Assembly (NCBI GenBank): GCA_049433705.1
Contig: JBMTFA010000001.1
Location: 1 to 60,125 of the forward strand
Source: Bacilli bacterium
GTDB taxonomy: Bacteria; Bacillota_I; Bacilli_A; RFN20; CAG-826
Length of the DNA: 60,125 bases
Direction of reading: 5' to 3'
Shown: positions 15,422-25,619 of the stretch, piece by piece
Numbering within the stretch: position 1 is the first letter of the stretch
How the letters are laid out: every line of letters begins with the position of its first letter
Made by a program: the position numbers and the translations under genes
Notes under the pieces: model-generated
What the model was told of the DNA's origin: nothing
The model's database searches: none
The model's input: only the letters and a program-made list of their open reading frames with translations

Positions 15422-16801
15422 TTAGTATAACAAGGATCCAGGGGTCCGGGGATAAGGTTGAACATCGCGGATGTTATTCATCCCCGTTAAATACATGAGC
15501 AAGCGATCAAAGCCAATCCCAAATCCTGCATGAGGTACGCCACCATATTTTCTTAAATCTAAATACCATTCAAGTCCAGCTTTGTTTCCGTGTTCAATCA
15601 TTTTCTTTTCTAACACATCTAAACGCTCTTCACGTTGTGATCCACCGACCAGTTCACCAACTTGTGGCACCAGTAAATCACAGGCAGCAACGGTCTTTCC
15701 ATCTGGATTTAATCGCATATAAAACGCTTTGATTTCTTTAGGATAATCGGTAATAAAGACGGGACCTTTCGCAATCACTTCTGCTAAATAACGTTCGTGT
15801 TCGGTTTGTAAATCCATCCCCCATTGAATGTTACTAAAGGCAAAGTTAACCTCTTGTTTGACTGCGGTTTGGAGTAATTGAATGGCTTCTGTATAGCTAA
15901 TCCGCTTAAAGGTGGATTGGCGTACCGCTTGTAATCGTTGCACGAGCGTTTGATCAATAAATTGATTAAAGAATGCCATTTCTTCAGGCGCTTTTTCAAA
16001 GGCATAATCCAAGCAATATTTCACACAATCTTCAATTAAATTCATGTCATCGTTTAAATCTGCGAACGCAATTTCTGGTTCAATCATCCAAAATTCAGAA
16101 GCATGTCGGGTGGTGTTACTTGGTTCCGCTCTAAAGGTAGGACCAAAGGTATACACATCCTTAAATGCCAGAGCAAATGCTTCCACATGTAATTGACCGG
16201 AAACCGTCAAGGAAGCGGGTTTATTGAAAAAAGCTTCGGGTTCTTTAGGATCAACAATCGCATGAAAGACTTGGCCTGCACCTTCAGCATCATTTCCTGT
16301 AATGATTGGCGTGTGAACATAAACAAAATCACGATCCTGAAAAAATTGATGAATCGCCATTGCCATCACAGACCGTAACCGGAATAACGCGGTAAAGGTA
16401 TTGGTGCGTGGTCGTAAATGGACGATTTCCCTTAAGAAATCAAACCCATGACGTTTCTTTTGTAATGGATAATCTTCAGGCGCTTGTCCCACTAATTCAA
16501 AGGCTTGTACCACAATTTCAAAAGGTTGTTTAAGTTGCGGGGTTAATTGCACCATACCTTGAATGGTGATGGCTGTACCGGTGCCAAATTTCCCGATCGT
16601 ATCAAAACCAGATAAACTCGCTTGGTGATAGACCAATTGCGTATTTTTAAAATAACTCCCATCATTGAGTTCAATAAAACCAATCGCACCATTAAGGCGA
16701 TTGGTGCGAATCCAGCCGGAAAGAATGACGGATGTTTTCTCTGCTAATTGCCCGCTTGCAGCAAGGCGATAAAGTTGACGAATGGAGTGTGTTTGTTTCA
16801 T
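15422..16801 (-). CDS. asnS: asparagine--tRNA ligase
   Basis: 459 aa, class II aaRS with AsnRS-like motifs ([30 protein letters not shown]). Confidence 0.96.
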   Translation of the reverse strand: MKQTHSIRQLYRLAASGQLAEKTSVILSGWIRTNRLNGAIGFIELNDGSYFKNTQLVYHQASLSGFDTIGKFGTGTAITIQGMVQLTPQLKQPFEIVVQAFELVGQAPEDYPLQKKRHGFDFLREIVHLRPRTNTFTALFRLRSVMAMAIHQFFQDRDFVYVHTPIITGNDAEGAGQVFHAIVDPKEPEAFFNKPASLTVSGQLHVEAFALAFKDVYTFGPTFRAEPSNTTRHASEFWMIEPEIAFADLNDDMNLIEDCVKYCLDYAFEKAPEEMAFFNQFIDQTLVQRLQAVRQSTFKRISYTEAIQLLQTAVKQEVNFAFSNIQWGMDLQTEHERYLAEVIAKGPVFITDYPKEIKAFYMRLNPDGKTVAACDLLVPQVGELVGGSQREERLDVLEKKMIEHGNKAGLEWYLDLRKYGGVPHAGFGIGFDRLLMYLTGMNNIRDVQPYPRTPGSLLY

Positions 16802-16835
16802 GATTAATCCCTTTTGAATTCGCTCATATTATAAC

Positions 16836-17855
16836 TTATTCAGTTTGATTACTGGCAAGAATATCCCACGAAGGATCAACCCCAATCGATAACGTTGCGA
16901 TTTGTCCTGATTGAAAAAGGCGACCGCCAAGCAGGGCAATCATAGCTGCATTATCAGTGCAAGCCCACGCAGGAGGAAAAATAAATGGGATATCCGATTG
17001 ACTACTAAGATCTGCAAACGCAGATCGAAGCCCACGATTTAAAGAGACCCCACCACCGATCACTACCGAAGCAACCGGATATGCTTGCATTGCCGCTTTC
17101 ACTTGGGTCACCAAGGTTTGAATGATGATGGTTTGAAATGCAAACGCCAAATTGGCTTGGTGAATCGGACGCTTTCCTTGGGTTTCTTTTTGGATCAATG
17201 TATGCACCGCTGTTTTTAATCCTGAGTAAGAAAAATCAAAACGACCTTCCGCTTTCGGCGTTGGTAACGTATAGTGGGCTTGCCCTTGGGCAGCTAATTG
17301 ATCAAGAATAGGTCCGCCTGGATACCCTAAACCCATCATGCGCGCCACCTTATCGTAGGATTCTCCGACTGCATCATCTTGGGTTTGGCCAAGTAACATA
17401 TATTGCCTTGGGGCTTTCATGTAAACCAATTCCGTATGCCCACCACTGACAATTAAACCTAAAGCAGGGTAAAGGATGGGTTGGGTAAATTCAGCAGCCT
17501 CTAAGTGCGCTGCATGATGATGCACTGCAACCAACGGAAGCTGATGAAAAGCGGCAATCACTTTGGCAGCTTGTAAGCCAATATGTAAGGCGCCAATCAA
17601 ACCAGGACCGCGGGTCACCGCAACCGCAGACAAGGCGGCATAGTCAAGCTTTGCTTCTTGCATCGCGGTGTTTAAAACAAACCCAATATTTTCTGTATGA
17701 AGCCGCGAAGCAAGTTCAGGAAAAACCCCACCAAATGCTTGATGTTGTTGGATTTGTGATGCCGTTACAAGACTCAAAACCTTTTGTCCTTGAACGACCG
17801 CAATCGAGGTTTCATCACAACTCGTTTCAATGCCTAAAATGATGGGTAGGTTCAT
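16836..17855 (-). CDS. tsaD: tRNA N6-adenosine threonylcarbamoyltransferase
   Basis: ILGIETSCDETS N-terminus. Start set to ATG 17853-17855, which forms an ATGA overlap with the rimI stop. Confidence 0.95.
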   Translation of the reverse strand: MNLPIILGIETSCDETSIAVVQGQKVLSLVTASQIQQHQAFGGVFPELASRLHTENIGFVLNTAMQEAKLDYAALSAVAVTRGPGLIGALHIGLQAAKVIAAFHQLPLVAVHHHAAHLEAAEFTQPILYPALGLIVSGGHTELVYMKAPRQYMLLGQTQDDAVGESYDKVARMMGLGYPGGPILDQLAAQGQAHYTLPTPKAEGRFDFSYSGLKTAVHTLIQKETQGKRPIHQANLAFAFQTIIIQTLVTQVKAAMQAYPVASVVIGGGVSLNRGLRSAFADLSSQSDIPFIFPPAWACTDNAAMIALLGGRLFQSGQIATLSIGVDPSWDILASNQTE

Positions 17856-18286
17856 AACGTTTTTTCCATTAACCATGCATCTTCACCATTCGCATAATAT
17901 TGTTTCTTTTGATAAGCGAAGCGAAATCCATATGATTCATAAAGCTTTTGTGCGGCAAGATTACTAACTCTTACCTCTAAGGTGACGCGCTCACATCCCG
18001 CTTGTTGGATACGCTTGAGCGCATCTTCTAGTAACACTTTCCCAATCCCTTTTCTTCTTAATCCAGGGGTGACCGCAAGATTATTGATTTGTGCTTGTTG
18101 AAAGGTAACCCAAAAATCGATGTAACCTAATAACTGCTCATCAACCTTGGCCACGAAGACAAACGCATAAGGATTTTCTTTGAGTTCATAACGAAAATGA
18201 TCTTCCGTCCAAGGGGAAGGAAAAGACGCCTGTTCAATCGCCAAGATCATGGGTAAATCACTTAAGGTGGCAGGTTGAATGATCAT
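17852..18286 (-). CDS. rimI: ribosomal-protein-alanine N-acetyltransferase
   Basis: 144-aa GNAT (RRKGIGKVLL) located between tsaB and tsaD. Confidence 0.85.
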   Translation of the reverse strand: MIIQPATLSDLPMILAIEQASFPSPWTEDHFRYELKENPYAFVFVAKVDEQLLGYIDFWVTFQQAQINNLAVTPGLRRKGIGKVLLEDALKRIQQAGCERVTLEVRVSNLAAQKLYESYGFRFAYQKKQYYANGEDAWLMEKTL

Positions 18287-18870
18287 TGAATGTCCTTTAA
18301 GTAGCGAGGATTAAGCAACTGAATATCGCTCATTTCTTTAAATTGCTGCCGGATGGAAAGTAGGCGAGTTAAGATTGTAGGCGCTTCCATTAATGTCGGT
18401 TGCACTTCAAGCCAAGTGCCATGAGGGTATTGTTGCTTCAATGCTTCAATGCCTAGTGTATCGAGAATGGTTGGGGCAAGTAAAACTTTCTCTCCTTGAT
18501 AAACGGCAACATAGCGTCTACCCCCACGGGCATCAATCCAAGGAAGCGAAAGCGGGGCAACACTCACCAACGCTAAGGTTGAGATCGGATAAACTTTTAA
18601 GGGTTTCATCAACCCTAACGTTTTCACTAACGTTAACGCCAGGCGAACACCGGTAAAAGAACCGGGACCATCACCGACGATGACCGCATCGATGTCTTGA
18701 AGTTGATAATGATACTGCGCAAGCAAGGCAATCAGTTTAGGGACCATCCATTCCGATTGTTGTCGATCTAAACTTTCTACATGATAACCAAGCACTTGAT
18801 CTTGATGAAGCAAACCTAAAAATAATGTCGGGGTGCTCGCATCCAATACTAGCGTTAAGTTGGTCTTCAT
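18283..18870 (-). CDS. tsaB: t6A biosynthesis protein TsaB
   Basis: 195 aa, inactive-Kae1 paralogue features (DASTP..., GPGSFTGVR). Confidence 0.85.
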   Translation of the reverse strand: MKTNLTLVLDASTPTLFLGLLHQDQVLGYHVESLDRQQSEWMVPKLIALLAQYHYQLQDIDAVIVGDGPGSFTGVRLALTLVKTLGLMKPLKVYPISTLALVSVAPLSLPWIDARGGRRYVAVYQGEKVLLAPTILDTLGIEALKQQYPHGTWLEVQPTLMEAPTILTRLLSIRQQFKEMSDIQLLNPRYLKDIQ

Positions 18871-19295
18871 TTGCTAGTGACTTCTTCCTTTATCGTCACA
18901 AGCCTGCTTGATCCTTCAAGGAAACTTAAGGTTAAATGTAGTTGATGTTTTGCATACGGTAACGTTGATAGCTTTTCTGGCCATTCAACAAAGGTAATCG
19001 TATCTTCACCCATTTCATCTTCTAAACCAAAACCCGAAGCTCCTTCTAATCGATAAGCATCCACATGAAGCAATCGCCCATGCTTTAAAGGATAAAGTTT
19101 CATAATGGTAAAGGTTGGAGAACTGACATGACCCAGATAACCTAATTGCTTGGCAATCCCTTGGACAATCGTGGTTTTACCCACACCTAAAGGACCAGTT
19201 AACGTCACCAAGGTGCCTAAGGTTAATACCGGCATAAGCGTTTTCAACAATGTCGGTAATTCGGCAAGTGAGTGAAGAACAAACGTCTGCTTCAT
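18867..19295 (-). CDS. tsaE: t6A biosynthesis ATPase TsaE
   Basis: 142 aa with P-loop GPLGVGKTT and the SPTFT motif. Confidence 0.85.
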   Translation of the reverse strand: MKQTFVLHSLAELPTLLKTLMPVLTLGTLVTLTGPLGVGKTTIVQGIAKQLGYLGHVSSPTFTIMKLYPLKHGRLLHVDAYRLEGASGFGLEDEMGEDTITFVEWPEKLSTLPYAKHQLHLTLSFLEGSSRLVTIKEEVTSK

Positions 19296-19828
19296 TAGAA
19301 TAAAAATTTCTTTTCTTTGATAAAGAGTTGATACAACTCTTGAATCCGATGCATATGAAAAGGATAGTCACGATCTTGTAGTTTTTTAAACACGAGACTC
19401 GCTGTCTTAATCAGGACTTGTTTTAAATCTTGAGCATAACCATAACGTTGACTATGTTTTTCGAATTCTCGTTCATCTAAACTCATGATGTAACCATCCG
19501 GAAATAATTTGTAATCTAAATCATAATCAATGTATTTGAGAATCCCTTTGTCGAGCAACGTCGGAGAGGCAATATTCACATAAAAAACCACACCGCGGTC
19601 TTTGATCATCCCAATGACATTAAACCAGTCCACTTTACTAAAAAAGGAAATCGCGGGTTCGCGGGAAAACCACCGGCGACCATTCGCTTCGGTCACCTTC
19701 GTTTTATGGTTGGCGGTCACAAAATATTGATCGTCATCTAAAAGCACATAATTACGTTCCCAACAACGATGCAAGGAACCATCATGTTTATAACTTTGAA
19801 TTTTTAACCAGCTACCTTTAACTGACAT
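19295..19828 (-). CDS. DUF402/UPF0374 nucleoside tri/diphosphate phosphatase-like protein
   Basis: 177 aa. IQSYKHDGSLHRCW ... YIDYDLD is typical of the YgaC/Ntdp family. Confidence 0.7.
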   Translation of the reverse strand: MSVKGSWLKIQSYKHDGSLHRCWERNYVLLDDDQYFVTANHKTKVTEANGRRWFSREPAISFFSKVDWFNVIGMIKDRGVVFYVNIASPTLLDKGILKYIDYDLDYKLFPDGYIMSLDEREFEKHSQRYGYAQDLKQVLIKTASLVFKKLQDRDYPFHMHRIQELYQLFIKEKKFLF

Positions 19829-19856
19829 AAACTATGTTTAGTATAACACTTCTACC

Positions 19857-20393
19857 TTAGCCTAATTTGCGAATGACCGCAGGTAAGCTAGAAAAATAAA
19901 GCGTTAAAATCACCGCAAGACTTAAGAAAAAAGACGGCAGTAAATAACTAAGGTTATAAGCAAGTGATCCAGCCCAATCCACCTCAAAATAGAGAACACC
20001 GGAAATCACATGCATGCCTAATCTCCAGGCAAAGGCGATGGCAAAACTAGCGATTAAATAAACTAAGCCAGAGATATTTTCCGTGGCAATAATTTTTTTC
20101 CTCGAGAGGGAAATCACCACAAAACCACTTAAAGCCAAAAAATAGTCAAACAAGTAATAAATGATATAACCATCAAGTAAGGCGGTTAATAATCCAAAGA
20201 CGATGGTGATGGCAAGCCAACTCAACCACCATGGTAAAGTCAAGGCAATCAGGACTAAACCGACCATCGCTAAATTAATCGATCCCCCGTTTGCCTGTTG
20301 ATAAAATTTAAAGACACTATCCAAGACAATACTGATGGCAACTAACATCCCCATCAACGCCATTTGACGAATACTCAGCCGTAGATTTTTCAT
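19857..20393 (-). CDS. thiT: thiamine transporter ThiT (ECF S-component)
   Basis: About 178-aa, 6-TM protein immediately downstream of a TPP riboswitch. Start taken at the ATG 7 nt after GGAGGA. Confidence 0.72.
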   Translation of the reverse strand: MKNLRLSIRQMALMGMLVAISIVLDSVFKFYQQANGGSINLAMVGLVLIALTLPWWLSWLAITIVFGLLTALLDGYIIYYLFDYFLALSGFVVISLSRKKIIATENISGLVYLIASFAIAFAWRLGMHVISGVLYFEVDWAGSLAYNLSYLLPSFFLSLAVILTLYFSSLPAVIRKLG

Positions 20394-20412
20394 GATCATA
20401 TCCTCCTTTTCA

Positions 20413-20438
20413 TAAAAAAATCCTTGGCTAGCAAGGAT
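20413..20438 (-). terminator. intrinsic terminator forming the TPP riboswitch expression platform
   Basis: On the minus strand: ATCCTTG ctagc CAAGGAT followed by T7, directly between the aptamer and the thiT SD. Confidence 0.75.
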
Positions 20439-20444
20439 AACGAA

Positions 20445-20535
20445 GTCGTTACTTTCCTACGCTAGCATTACCTAGATCAGGTCCGGTCGATGTGTCCACA
20501 CATCCTCTCAGCCGCTCTTGCAGCTCCCGTTAACA
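20445..20535 (-). promoter_or_regulatory. TPP (THI-box) riboswitch aptamer
   Basis: The minus strand reads GGGAGC..GGCUGAGAGG...GACCUGAUCUAGGUAAUGCUAGCGUAGGAAAG. This matches the conserved CUGAGA and ACCUGAUCUGGAUAAUGCCAGCGUAGGGA cores. Confidence 0.9.
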
Positions 20536-20550
20536 TTAATATAACAAATT

Positions 20551-21222
20551 TTATTCAGGTTGGTTAGACCAATGAATAGGGGTTAATCCTTTTTCTTTTA
20601 ACCATTGATTCGTTAGCGAAAAATGCCGACAACCAAACCATCCACCCCGATTGGCCGACAGAGGCGAAGGATGGTGGGCAAGCAATGCTTGATGTTGCGG
20701 ATGACGAATCCAAGGTAAATATTTTTTGGCGTGGGTTCCCCACAATAAAAAGAGAATCGGTTGATGGAGCGTGGATAAAAAATCAAAAATGTGTTCAAAA
20801 AAGATGTCATAACCAATCCCTTGATGAGAAAGGGGTTGATTCGCTTCAACGGTTAAGAGGCTATTGAGTAGTAACACGCCTTGAGAGGCAAGATAGGTCA
20901 AATCACCCGACGCATAATTCATCTTTACTTGAAGATCCGTTTCAATCTCTTTATAAATATTGACTAAACTTGGGGGTAATTTCACCCCTGGGTTGACGGA
21001 GAACGCTAAACCATTCGCTTGGCCTGGTTGATGGTAAGGATCTTGGCCAATGATCACAACTTTTAAGCGTTCCACAGGGCATAAAGTAAATGCCCGATAC
21101 ATCTGGGAACGCGGTGGATAAATCGTTTGTTTCGCATATGCTTGATCTAAAAAGGTTGTTAACGCTTGGGCATAAGCCTGCGATTTTTCTTGTTGAAAGA
21201 AATCTTGCCAAGTCACATTCAT
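20551..21222 (-). CDS. ung: uracil-DNA glycosylase
   Basis: 223 aa with family-1 UDG motifs (VVIIGQDPYH, HPSPLSA). Confidence 0.95.
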   Translation of the reverse strand: MNVTWQDFFQQEKSQAYAQALTTFLDQAYAKQTIYPPRSQMYRAFTLCPVERLKVVIIGQDPYHQPGQANGLAFSVNPGVKLPPSLVNIYKEIETDLQVKMNYASGDLTYLASQGVLLLNSLLTVEANQPLSHQGIGYDIFFEHIFDFLSTLHQPILFLLWGTHAKKYLPWIRHPQHQALLAHHPSPLSANRGGWFGCRHFSLTNQWLKEKGLTPIHWSNQPE

Positions 21223-21266
21223 CTTACATCTATCTTACTAAAAACAAAGAAGCGATGGGATTTTTG

Positions 21267-21272
21267 TATAAT
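21267..21272 (+). promoter_or_regulatory. -10 hexamer, leaderless arrangement
   Basis: TATAAT, then 7 nt, then ATG 21280. No SD. Confidence 0.5.
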
Positions 21273-21279
21273 TAAAGAA

Positions 21280-22371
21280 ATGAAATCGGTCTTTTTTCTG
21301 TTTAGTCACCCCGCACCTTACAAAGTCAACTTATTTAATGGGTTAGCAAAGTCTTTGGATTTGACTGTATTTTTTGAAAGAACGTTGGGAAAATATGCCC
21401 AGCAACAATACATTCCTACCTCCCAATGGCAATTTCGTTATCGCATGCTGAAGGGCATCAAACTGGGAAAAGAAAATCATCTTTCATTTGAAGTCATTCA
21501 ACACCTCAAACACCATCGTTATGATGCGATTGTCATGAATGGTTACTCTTCCCTTACCGAAATGGTGACAATTTTATTTCTGCAACGAAAGAAGATTCCT
21601 TACTACCTTTATGTCAATGGCGGGGTGATTCGCCAAGATCCTTGGTGGCGATTCTTCTTAAAGAAACGTTTAATTAGTAAAGCAAAAGCTTATTTATCCC
21701 CTTCACCTTTGGTAGACCCATATTTGGTGCATTACGGCGCAAAGCGGGAAGCAATCTTTCATTACCCCTATGCAACGATTTTTGCCAATGAAGTCTTACC
21801 AACCCCGTTGACGAAACAAGAAAAATTATCATTAAGAAAAACGATTGGTTTACCACTTGAAGGCGATATCCTACTCGCAGTCGGACAGTTTATTCCTCGC
21901 AAAAACTTTTTTCCATTACTGAAAGCATGGGGAAAAATGCCCAAAGATCGTATCCTTGTCTTAATTGGGGATGGCAAAGAAAAACGCCGATACGAAAGAT
22001 GGATGCAAAGGCATCATTTAAGCCATGTCATTCTTAAACCATTTCAACCAAAAAATTTATTGCTGTCGATGTTGCGAGCAAGTGATGGTTTCATCCTCTT
22101 GAGTAAAGAAGATATTTACGGCCATGTGATTAATGAAGCCCTCTCGCAAGGCATTCCCGTCTTAACTTCAGATAAAGTGGTTTCTGGTCAAGTACTGATT
22201 AAACCGGAAAAGAATGGTTTAATTTTACCCCTTCTTGCACTAGACCATTTACCAAAAGCCGTTCATACCTTATTACAAATCAAAAACCCGGAAGCTTCGC
22301 TACAAATAGCAAGAGAAAATACGATTGAGCAAATGGTCAAAGCCCATCTGGAGTTTTTCCAACATGGATAA
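21280..22371 (+). CDS. glycosyltransferase, GT-B fold (family 4-like)
   Basis: Track ORF trimmed to ATG 21280 because the longer form overlaps ung. C-terminal EX7E-type motif (EDIYGHVINEALSQGIPVL). Confidence 0.8.
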   Translation: MKSVFFLFSHPAPYKVNLFNGLAKSLDLTVFFERTLGKYAQQQYIPTSQWQFRYRMLKGIKLGKENHLSFEVIQHLKHHRYDAIVMNGYSSLTEMVTILFLQRKKIPYYLYVNGGVIRQDPWWRFFLKKRLISKAKAYLSPSPLVDPYLVHYGAKREAIFHYPYATIFANEVLPTPLTKQEKLSLRKTIGLPLEGDILLAVGQFIPRKNFFPLLKAWGKMPKDRILVLIGDGKEKRRYERWMQRHHLSHVILKPFQPKNLLLSMLRASDGFILLSKEDIYGHVINEALSQGIPVLTSDKVVSGQVLIKPEKNGLILPLLALDHLPKAVHTLLQIKNPEASLQIARENTIEQMVKAHLEFFQHG

Positions 22372-23515
22372 ATATGTCATCTTGGGCAATGTACTTGCCC
22401 CTAATATTTTCCAACAATGGATTGATGCGGGCGAAATCATCAATCCGAGTCATCAACAATATATCCTACGGCTGACCAAAGCCTTAGCAAGCCAACATCC
22501 TGTCCAAGTCGTCAGTATACCCCCACTTAGAAAAACCGCCCAAGGTTTGAAGATTCCTCAACAATTCCTTAGAGATGAAGATTGCTGGTTTCTCCAATTT
22601 AGTTTTCTGAATAAGCGATTATTAAGACCCTTAAGTCTAGGATTTGCCATCCATCGTTATGTCAAACAGTTATTGAAGCGAACCGATGGCATGATTTACT
22701 TCATGATCGATGGCAATAGTCCGCTGGCCTATCATGTGGCTAAACGATATCGCCACCATCCTAAGATAAAACAGATTGGGATTTTCACCGATGATCCGCG
22801 GCAACTTACCGGAATAAAATTATCTAAAGCAAAACGATGGATTCGCCAACATCAAGATCATGATGCTTATCTTGCCATTACCGAACCATTAGCGAAAGTC
22901 TTTAATCCTGCAAACAAACCTACATTACTTATTCCTGGTCTAGTTGAATCGTTAACTGGTGCAAAGCAACATCCACGACCATATTTATTTTTCTCTGGCG
23001 CTTTATATCCTCGTTATGGTGTTGAGGCGATGATCAAAGGATTTCTCGCAGCAAACCTTCCTGATTTTGATTTGCTAATTGCCGGCTTTGGTCCAGAAGC
23101 GAGCATGATTGAGCGACTTAGCCAAGCCCATCGGCAAATTAAATATTTAGGTTTATTAACGCCTACCCTTGTCCAAAAATACCAAGCAGGCGCGTACGCA
23201 AATCTAAATCCTCGCCCGCTTGATGCTGCCCTTGATCCAGTCGCCATTCCTTCGAAAGTCTTTGATTATCTTGCTGCGGGTGTTCCGTGCTTAACCACCC
23301 GACATCCTTTTTTTGAAAGGCATTTTCCAGATCAATTGATTTGGATTGAAGAGGCAAGTGAAGATGGCATCCGGGTAGCCTTGCAACGGATGATTCAACT
23401 TGATTATGCGTTATTACAAAGTAAAGCCAACAAGGCAAAAGATTATACCCTCGCCCATTGGGGGATTGGACCAACGGGTCAAGCTTTAGTCGCTTGGCTT
23501 AATTCACTTAAATAA
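22364..23515 (+). CDS. glycosyltransferase, GT-B fold (family 1/4-like)
   Basis: Start ATG 22364 overlaps the upstream stop (ATGGATAA). Motif IPSKVFDYLAAGVPCL. Confidence 0.7.
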   Translation: MDKYVILGNVLAPNIFQQWIDAGEIINPSHQQYILRLTKALASQHPVQVVSIPPLRKTAQGLKIPQQFLRDEDCWFLQFSFLNKRLLRPLSLGFAIHRYVKQLLKRTDGMIYFMIDGNSPLAYHVAKRYRHHPKIKQIGIFTDDPRQLTGIKLSKAKRWIRQHQDHDAYLAITEPLAKVFNPANKPTLLIPGLVESLTGAKQHPRPYLFFSGALYPRYGVEAMIKGFLAANLPDFDLLIAGFGPEASMIERLSQAHRQIKYLGLLTPTLVQKYQAGAYANLNPRPLDAALDPVAIPSKVFDYLAAGVPCLTTRHPFFERHFPDQLIWIEEASEDGIRVALQRMIQLDYALLQSKANKAKDYTLAHWGIGPTGQALVAWLNSLK

Positions 23516-24675
23516 TCCGCTAAGCGTTGTGCGCTCCGTCTTGCAGCAAAGTGGTCAACGTAATATTGCCGATGTTGCAAGGCAATGCTTTCACGTTGTG
23601 TTGGGGTGAGCTGTTTGATTTTTTTGATTAAGGTTTTTAAATTTGCCATTTTAGCATCAAGAAAATAAGTGGGCGGTAATTGCGACAATAAGGCACGGCC
23701 ATCACCTTGGAGATAACCAACAATCGGTTGGCCAAAAGGTAAATATTGAATCAACTTATGGGGAATCGTTTTGCCCACAATCCCCGGGGTTTGAATCCCA
23801 ACAAAAAACGCATCAGCGGCCGCAAGAAACTTACCCAAGTTTTCTGGGGTTTGATGAGCATAAACATGCACGCGTTTTTCTAGTTTTAATTGGTTAATTA
23901 ATTGCTTTAACATCTGGGTTTGACTACCATCACCGATTAAATGCAAATGATCTTCTTGGCTCGTTTGCCCCCAGGCTCTTACCAGTAACTGTAGTTTTTG
24001 TAAGGTTCCTAAATTCCCAGCATAAACAAGGTGAAAGCCTTCACCAAAATCCATGACTTCTTTACCAAGAGACTCGATGAGCGCCGGTTGAACTAAAGGT
24101 GTTTGGATGACTTTTTCTTTACCTAAGAGTTGATTAAAGTGCTTGATGTAACTAGGTGAACCAACCAAGATTTGATTTACTTGGCGATAAAGCGCAAGAC
24201 TCCACCGCTTAAGCCATTGATAAACCCAATGCGTGGGTTTCAATAATCCAGTTACAAGCAGGGATTCCGGCCAAACATCAACCGCATACAATAGATGCTT
24301 TAACCCATGTTGACGTGCATAGCGAATCGCGGGAGCAATGGAAATTAACGGGGAAAGCGAGACTGATAGCACCACATCATAACGTCCAGGAATTTGTTGC
24401 ACTGCCTTCATGGCACTACGATAAAAGGTGAAATAATTTAACAAGACACTTAAAGAGGTCTTCTTACGAGCGAACGTCTTTACCCGATGTATGTTTACCC
24501 CACTGATCACTTCATCCGTAATCTTGACATAATCTTTAGGGACGGTTCCGAACCCATATTGGGGTTTACTCGTGACCACTTGGACGCGGTGGCCTAATTG
24601 CACTAAATGTTCACACAACGTGCTGATGGCAAAACTTTCAGGATAATAATATTGGGTGACGACTAAAATTCTCAT
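23479..24675 (-). CDS. glycosyltransferase family 4 (WcaI/WbuB-like)
   Basis: 398 aa with the MRILVVTQYYYPE N-terminus typical of WcaI-like GT4. Its 3-prime end overlaps the convergent gene by 37 nt. Confidence 0.85.
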   Translation of the reverse strand: MRILVVTQYYYPESFAISTLCEHLVQLGHRVQVVTSKPQYGFGTVPKDYVKITDEVISGVNIHRVKTFARKKTSLSVLLNYFTFYRSAMKAVQQIPGRYDVVLSVSLSPLISIAPAIRYARQHGLKHLLYAVDVWPESLLVTGLLKPTHWVYQWLKRWSLALYRQVNQILVGSPSYIKHFNQLLGKEKVIQTPLVQPALIESLGKEVMDFGEGFHLVYAGNLGTLQKLQLLVRAWGQTSQEDHLHLIGDGSQTQMLKQLINQLKLEKRVHVYAHQTPENLGKFLAAADAFFVGIQTPGIVGKTIPHKLIQYLPFGQPIVGYLQGDGRALLSQLPPTYFLDAKMANLKTLIKKIKQLTPTQRESIALQHRQYYVDHFAARRSAQRLADYLSELSQATKA

Positions 24676-24700
24676 CTTAACGATATTATAGCCTATTGGG

Positions 24701-24706
24701 TATAAT
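24701..24706 (+). promoter_or_regulatory. -10 hexamer, leaderless arrangement
   Basis: TATAAT, then 7 nt, then ATG 24714. A divergent TATAAT (24685-24690, minus strand) lies 9 nt from ATG 24675. Confidence 0.5.
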
Positions 24707-24713
24707 GAAGATA

Positions 24714-25619
24714 ATGACCACCAAGCGAACTTTACCCCGTTTTCTTCGCCTTATCTTTACCCCTTTTCGGTGGTTTTTGATTCGTTTTGCTCCATTGACG
24801 TATCTTCATTGGCAATATCACTATATTACCGGAAAACCTTTAAATTTAACAAAACCGACCACTTATACTGAAAAATTACAATATTTGCGTTACTTAGTCT
24901 TTCCAAAAGATCCTCTGGTGATTCGTGGCAGTGACCGCGAGGCTGTCCGGGAGATGTTAAAAGAAAAAGGCTTAAAACAATATTTAATTCCTAGTTATGG
25001 GGTGTACAACCGTTTTGATGACATTCCTTGGAAAAGACTTCCCAAACAATTTGTCATCAAATGCACCCACGCCTCGGGATTTAATCACATCGTTTTAGAT
25101 AAACATAAGGTCAATCGTCAACAATTAAAACAAACGTTTCGGCGTTGGTTAAAGACCGATTATGGCTTCACCACCTTGGAAAGACATTATTCCCCGATTC
25201 CTCGGAAAATCATCATTGAAAAGTATTTAGGCATTGACACCAGTTTACCCATTGAATACAAACTGCATGTCTTTCATGGTCAGGTGAAATATTTATATGT
25301 CGTCACGGGACGTGGTGCCGATATTCGTTACACCCATTTCCTTAGTAACTGGACCCCGTTCCCAGGTGGGCAATTCAATGGTTGGCAAGCCTCAGATTAC
25401 CCCATCATTGAACCACCTAATTTTCAAACAATGATTCAAGTCGCTGAAAAACTCGCTGCACCTTATCCTTTTGTTCGGGTTGACCTATATAATTTAGAGG
25501 GAAAAATTTACTTCTCTGAATTGACCTTTACCCCGGCAAAAGGTACATTAAAGTTAGCTGATCCGCAAACCGATATCACCATGGGAGGTTGGTTAAGTTT
25601 AGATGAAACCCTTACCTAA
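24714..25619 (+). CDS. TupA-like ATP-grasp (amidoligase-type) protein
   Basis: YTEKLQYL, IKCTHASG, EYKLHVFHG and RVDLY...YFSELTFTP are typical of the TupA-like ATP-grasp family. The start is ambiguous (TTG 24696, ATG 24705 or ATG 24714). Confidence 0.7.
   Translation: MTTKRTLPRFLRLIFTPFRWFLIRFAPLTYLHWQYHYITGKPLNLTKPTTYTEKLQYLRYLVFPKDPLVIRGSDREAVREMLKEKGLKQYLIPSYGVYNRFDDIPWKRLPKQFVIKCTHASGFNHIVLDKHKVNRQQLKQTFRRWLKTDYGFTTLERHYSPIPRKIIIEKYLGIDTSLPIEYKLHVFHGQVKYLYVVTGRGADIRYTHFLSNWTPFPGGQFNGWQASDYPIIEPPNFQTMIQVAEKLAAPYPFVRVDLYNLEGKIYFSELTFTPAKGTLKLADPQTDITMGGWLSLDETLT

Noticed and set aside
16802-16835. T-box leader upstream of asnS
   Set aside because: The intergenic region is only 34 nt, which is too short for a T-box. 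It contains just a TATAAT-like element and a weak SD.
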